Assembly (NCBI GenBank): GCA_039096225.1
Contig: JBBPEB010000034.1
Coordinates: forward strand, 186,001 to 250,000
DNA length: 64,000 nt
Direction of reading: 5' to 3'
From: Blastocystis sp. Blastoise
Taxonomy: Eukaryota > Protista > Bigyra: Opalinata
Shown here one piece after another: positions 58,300 to 64,000 of this stretch; positions within the stretch are counted from its first letter, which is position 1, and every line of letters begins with the position of its first letter. Below the pieces are notes generated by a model. The model was not told the origin of the DNA, did not search any database, and was given only the letters and a program-made list of their open reading frames with translations. Position numbers and translations under genes: made by a program.

Positions 58300-60629
58300 A
58301 TGGTGAAAGAGAAGGTAGAATTCAATGCGAATAAGATGGATGATGCTCAGAGGAATGTAATTCATTTTGAAAGACTGTTTAATGATTTGATTGGTATTTT
58401 AAATAAATCAATAAGTTTCTGTATTCATTCAAGTGAGTCTATAAATGAGTTGGCAAAACAATCTATAAGAAGTTGTGAAGGAATGAATGATATGAAACGT
58501 AGTGATCCACACATAATTATTCAAGAATCTTCATATGTTCCTGAGTTTGATGTTACTATGAATGACAACGATGATGGAATTGATTATATTCAGTTTAAGA
58601 ATGGTGGCCCACTTTATTCTCTTCCTAAAAGAATAACAAATAGTTTAGTAGGTAGTTATTTATATGAATCTGCTCAAGAAGATGAAAGAACTGTTGATGG
58701 TAGTATTTATTTAGATTATCCTGATGATGAAACAGTAGCTCCTTTATTTATTGACTCTTTAATGAATAAGAAAATAAATGTTGATATTCTAAAACAAAAA
58801 GATAAATTAGCTTTATTAAGAATGTTTGAATATTGTGAAGTACCTATTCCTGAAGAATTAATGAAAATTTATTATCACAGAGATTGTTATATGAAGGAAT
58901 ATAAAGCAGATGATGATATTGTTCTTTATATAAATTTTAAGAAAGATAAAGTATTAAGAGACTATTTAAAGAAGAATGGATTATGGAAAAAGATTATTAA
59001 CAGATATGCTGATGGCTATGTAGATTATGATAAAGAGAATAACGAAATGTATTTGAATATAAATTATAAATATATTAATCATATTTATGAATATATTCAA
59101 TATAAGTGTATCTATATATCTGAAGAAGAAACAAAAATAATAAACAGAGATTTATTAAAGAAAGAAATGTATTCTATATTTGATAATCAAGGAACACAAG
59201 CTGTAGATAATGGTTGGAATATTAATATATCATTTCCACATTCATGTATACTTGATAGTAGGAATGTATATGATCTAGAAAGTTGGCTTGGTTCAGAGAA
59301 GAAATGGAAATTAATATTTAGGTATGTTTTATTTATTTATTATTATCTATATATAAAGAGCAAGTGAACATGAATATAAAGCAAGTGAATTCCATAAATA
59401 TTGTGATCATAAATGTCCTACTGTGACTATTATTAAACATATAGGTCATGATGATAAGATTAATATATTTGGAGGATATACTACTCAATATTGGGAATCT
59501 AGAAGTGAAAATTGTATATATATTTATGTTACTATTATATAATAGTATCATACTATATAGTTTGGAAATATGATAATGGATCTTTCTTATTTACATTAAG
59601 AAATGAACATGATATCCCTCCTACTAAATATGATGTTCTAAAACCAGCTAGTGCCTTATATTGTGATAAGACAAGTGGTCCTTGCTTTCTGGATGTATAT
59701 ATTAGTGATGATTGTCATAAGAATAAGAATAAGAATAAGAAAAAGAATAAAAATAAAAATAAGAATAAAAATAGTTATATTAATGGTAAAACTAGTGTAT
59801 ATTCTTATAATTCTACTCCTAAATGTACGTCATTATTTGTGAATACAGCTGGACGAGATGAGTCTAATTATTTTAATGTTGATGAATATGAAGTATATGA
59901 ATTAATACCAAATCCTGATTTATATTTACCAAATTCAATTCTTATTACTAAAGAAATGGGTATTGAGTTAAGTAAATGGTTTGATAAGAGTAAAGAATGG
60001 GAATTATTATATAGGTAATATTATATATAATTTATATTTTGTTTATAATTATATATTATTATATATAGATGTTCTGATGAGAATAGGAGTGTAAAGAAAT
60101 GGCATGAGAAATGTGATAATAAAGAATCATTAGTAATTATACAAGGAAAAGGAGAAGATGGTCAATCTTATATATTTGGAGGATATACTAGTATTGGTTG
60201 GGGAAAGAATCATAGTGATATGGAAAATCCACCTAGAAGTATATATATTGAGTGAATTAATAAATATTTATATATATTTCTATAGAAGGTATGGGATGGA
60301 GAGGAGATTCAAAAGCCTTTTTATTTTCATTAACAAATCCTCATGGATATAATTATGCTAAATTAGATATTAATCACAAATATGCAAATTACGCATTAAT
60401 TAGTAATGATTCCAATTCAGAACTTACATTTTGTTATTGTATATCTTTAATTACTCAAATTGGTAAAGATAAATTTATAAATGGTAGTAATATATTTTTA
60501 TCTAAAGAGAATCCAATATATGTTTCTCCTTATCGTAAATTAGGAAATAATTTCTTTGTTAATACTGAAGACCATGATGAAAAGAATTATTTTGATTTAA
60601 TTGATTTTGAAGTATATACTGGTATTTAA
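58300..60629 (+). CDS. Protein with tandem C-terminal TLDc domains and a BTB-like N-terminal region
   Basis: WKLIFR|ASEHEYKASEFHKYCDHKCPTVTIIK...IFGGYT...SFLFTL...EYEVY and WELLYR|CS...WHEKCDNK...IFGGYT...AFLFSL...DFEVY; five exons. Confidence 0.88.
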
Positions 60630-63065
60630 AGATAATAAGCATAAAGTACCATCATTTCTGTTTTATGATATTCTGAATTGAAACGATTAAATTTCTTAAC
60701 ATTCAATCAGATAAAGTTTTTTTAATATAACAATCAAATATTGTTATTGTAGTCTTCAATACAGAGAAAAAACAGTTTTATTTGTTTATTATTAATAATT
60801 CTATTTTTAATTATTATTTATATCTTTTTTTTTTTATTATTCTATTATCTATTTTATTATAGTATTTGTTTTTATTTTATTTTACTTATAAATAATTTTT
60901 ACGTATCTAATTAATTTATTTTTTTTCAATTATTATTATTTTAATCAATAATTTATATATACCCTATAATTTTTCTAAAAGTATATAGTTGGTTTACTAA
61001 ATAAGATATATCAAGGTTTATATGTAATTAAGTATGATCATTTAAATATAATATATAGTATATTACCAAAAATCTTTCTTTTCCACATTTTCAAAACAAA
61101 TAAATCAAAATATATAAATAATTCTTGTAATAATTGCATGCAAAACAGTTAATAGATATATATTTAAGCATTTATTAGTATCATAAGAATTTATTATATT
61201 ATAAAAACAGAAGATAAAATTATATAATTTAAAAAGATCACTTATGAAAAAATATATATAATGACACTTTAACAATTAGTAGCATTCAGCTATTTTGACA
61301 CAGTTTTATAGACCCATAAGGAGATGATAATAAAATATATAATATAAATATATAATGAACCTATTGTTTAATGTATTAATAAACAATAAACAATTGAAAA
61401 TGAACAAATTCTTTAATATACATACTAGTTAATTATTTGTTATATAATTAAAAATCTATTTTGAAATAGAGAATATTTTCTTATTACTATTTCTCATGCA
61501 TCATTCACATTATTATCTGTCATTATATGGATTGTATAAATAACTATTTATTATGGATATAGTAGAATAATAATGAGTACAAAACAAATAAGAATATATT
61601 ACGTTTTCATCAGTAATTACTCTTATAAAAATAATTGAATGAATTATGTGGCAACAATATCTAATACGCTATTTATACATAAAATTATTAAAACTGTCCA
61701 GTATATATCACATAGATACACTTAACTATAATTGAAAAACATAACATAATAAATATAATTATTTGAATTTTTATGATAAAACATATATTATTAATCATAA
61801 TAATATGAATATACAATTTTTATATTTTATAGTATTGCAGTCTTTGAATATATAATAATACTAATAAAACACAATTTATTTATTTTTATAGTATATTCTC
61901 TTAAATTAACATGTTCAAAAATTAAAAAAAAATGTTATATAGATTTGTTACATTTAAAGAAAACAATATTATATATATAAATATAATTGACTGATATAAT
62001 TATAATGTATATTGTTATATAATAAATAGAAAAATAAGAAATAAATATATAAATATTTAATAAATAATAGATATATGTGAATAAACTTATTTCTGGTATA
62101 AATGTTAAAAATTATTAAAATCTAATTATAATAAGACAGTGACCTTCATTTGATACAAACATAAATACTTAGTACAATAACAACATAATGTCAATACTTT
62201 TATTAATTATAATAATTTATTATAGATTTTTTGATACTATATAATTAATAGGCAACGTTAAACGTATTCTCATTATATTATTAAAAGAAATACTTTTATT
62301 TATCCGTTTATAATACCTACTATTACATATATTTTGGTGATAATTGAATAATAACTTAATTTAGCAAGCTATTAAACTTTTAAAATAGTTAGAAGAAGAA
62401 ACTAGATACTATTTGAGTAATTCTCTATCACATTCTTTGTATTTCTCTTTTTATAATGAATATTTTTCACATATTGAATTCTATTTATATTAAGAAACAA
62501 CCATAGAAAATATAAAAATAAAATATTGAAGGTAACTAAAGATAATTACACTAAGAAGAGATATTTGAACTAGATATGTACAGATTTTATTTCTATAGAG
62601 TTATTAAGATGATAGCAAATATATGAAGGAGTTATAATACGCAATTTCGATAACATGAAAGAGAGAATCACCATTGTACTCACTATAATACTGTATAACT
62701 GTGTCTCAAATGTAATAAAGAATAGGAGATAAACGAATATCGATATTATAATCCACAATAAATTTCAAAGAATGCGTATTTCATAGTTGAATATTTTTTT
62801 GTAATTCTTAGATGAAATTTATCTGAAAAGGACTGAATACTAAAAATCATGAAAATATAAGAATAACTTCGCCATTATTCAGTTATTCTCATGAAAAATT
62901 CTTTTCATCTTTTTGTTGATATTTTTTTTTGAGTTTTTTTAGAAATTCGTTACAATTATTGTATATTGTTTTTAAATTATTATAAGTTATATAATATTTA
63001 TATAAAACATTATATTTTAGGAAAAAAAATCTACATTATTATTTCAATCTAGTTGAAATTAAAGA

Positions 63066-64000
63066 ATGTCAGCCAGCGAATTTTGTTTTATTGATGATAA
63101 ATGTATTTAGATATGAATATAACATATTATATTAGTTATTAGATTTATTCACATTCCAGGATGAGACGCAATTATGGATTTCAAGAGAATTTATTGAGGA
63201 ATATCCTCAGCTACCATTCTACGATATCATTAAACACTCTGAGAAATATGAGGATGATAGTTATTATGTAGATATACCTTATTATCCCATGAATAAGGTG
63301 ATTGATTCTTTAATGGGAGATAACGTGGATATATTTTCATTAGATTTAAAAGATAGTTATGATATATATAAAATACTTGATGAGTACTCAGTTAAGGTAG
63401 ATAATGATATGCAAAGTGATTTAATATTTCATGTTAAAGAATTATTTATAAATTATTTGGAAGAGAATAATTATACTGTAAATAAATATGAAAAATATTT
63501 AACAAACCATGATAAACTCAGTATTCCTATAGAAATGTTCAATTTAAAAGAGAAGAAAGAAATACATATAGATGGTATTTATATATATTTAAAAATATAT
63601 ATATATAGGATTATTTACACCTCAACGAAAAGATGGATTCTTATATTATTCTCTTCTAATTAAAATGATGAATGTGACTAAAGTTGATATTACATGTATA
63701 TATATTTAATATAAATAGTAATAACAATATATATATATATATATAATATAGATGATTATTCTTCAAAAATCCCATTAGAATATATATGTCCAAAATGTAT
63801 CAAAGATATATTTCCCTTTTTAGAAGAAATAAGCATAATTGGTATATATATTTATATATAAGTACTATTAATTTATATAGTGAGTACACATTATAAGAAA
63901 AGTGTTTATTATTATATCCAAATAGTGAGGAATATATAATGGAATATATTCGTTTATTTGAAAGAAATGAATATGACATTTATAGATCTGAAGAATATGA
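63066..64000 (+). CDS. Hypothetical protein with BTB-like N-terminus, truncated by the window end
   Basis: ATG at 63066 with in-frame GT-AG exons including ORF 63289. N-terminus FTFQDETQLWISREFIE...SYYVDIP loosely parallels the N-terminal region of the TLDc gene. Confidence 0.6.

Noticed and set aside
62570-62758. Hydrophobic minus-strand ORF
   Set aside because: Non-ATG start and no coherent exon chain could be built.

Overview
Extremely AT-rich, intron-dense eukaryotic genomic DNA using the standard code, probably a microbial eukaryote. A Blastocystis-like stramenopile is a guess from style only. In order, the window holds: a rhomboid-like membrane protein gene; histone H1; two near-identical divergent H4/H3 pairs forming a ~1.75 kb inverted duplication that encloses a candidate REC114-like gene and a two-finger GATA factor; a 5.4 kb CACTA-type element carrying a multi-exon gene full of C-to-T-type nonsense codons; U2AF65; a CHTOP/FoP-like gene; a KH-domain FUBP-like gene; nicastrin; a small HSP with a metallothionein-like insert; a 7TM protein; a WD40 protein; a giant Asn-rich Myb-like protein; a hAT-like element with a nested Helitron-like insert; a tandem-TLDc protein; and a truncated gene at the end. 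The most notable signals concern RNA processing. (1) All four core histone genes carry an identical 3' stem-loop plus a conserved purine-rich downstream element, resembling the metazoan SLBP/U7 system. (2) There are two clear U12-type AT-AC introns. (3) Some introns can only be spliced at non-canonical termini (TT-AG in U2AF65, a non-AG acceptor in WD40); assembly error is the null hypothesis. (4) Many introns are bounded by, and one is made entirely of, self-complementary (TA)n. Gene models were spliced by eye and no database searches were run.
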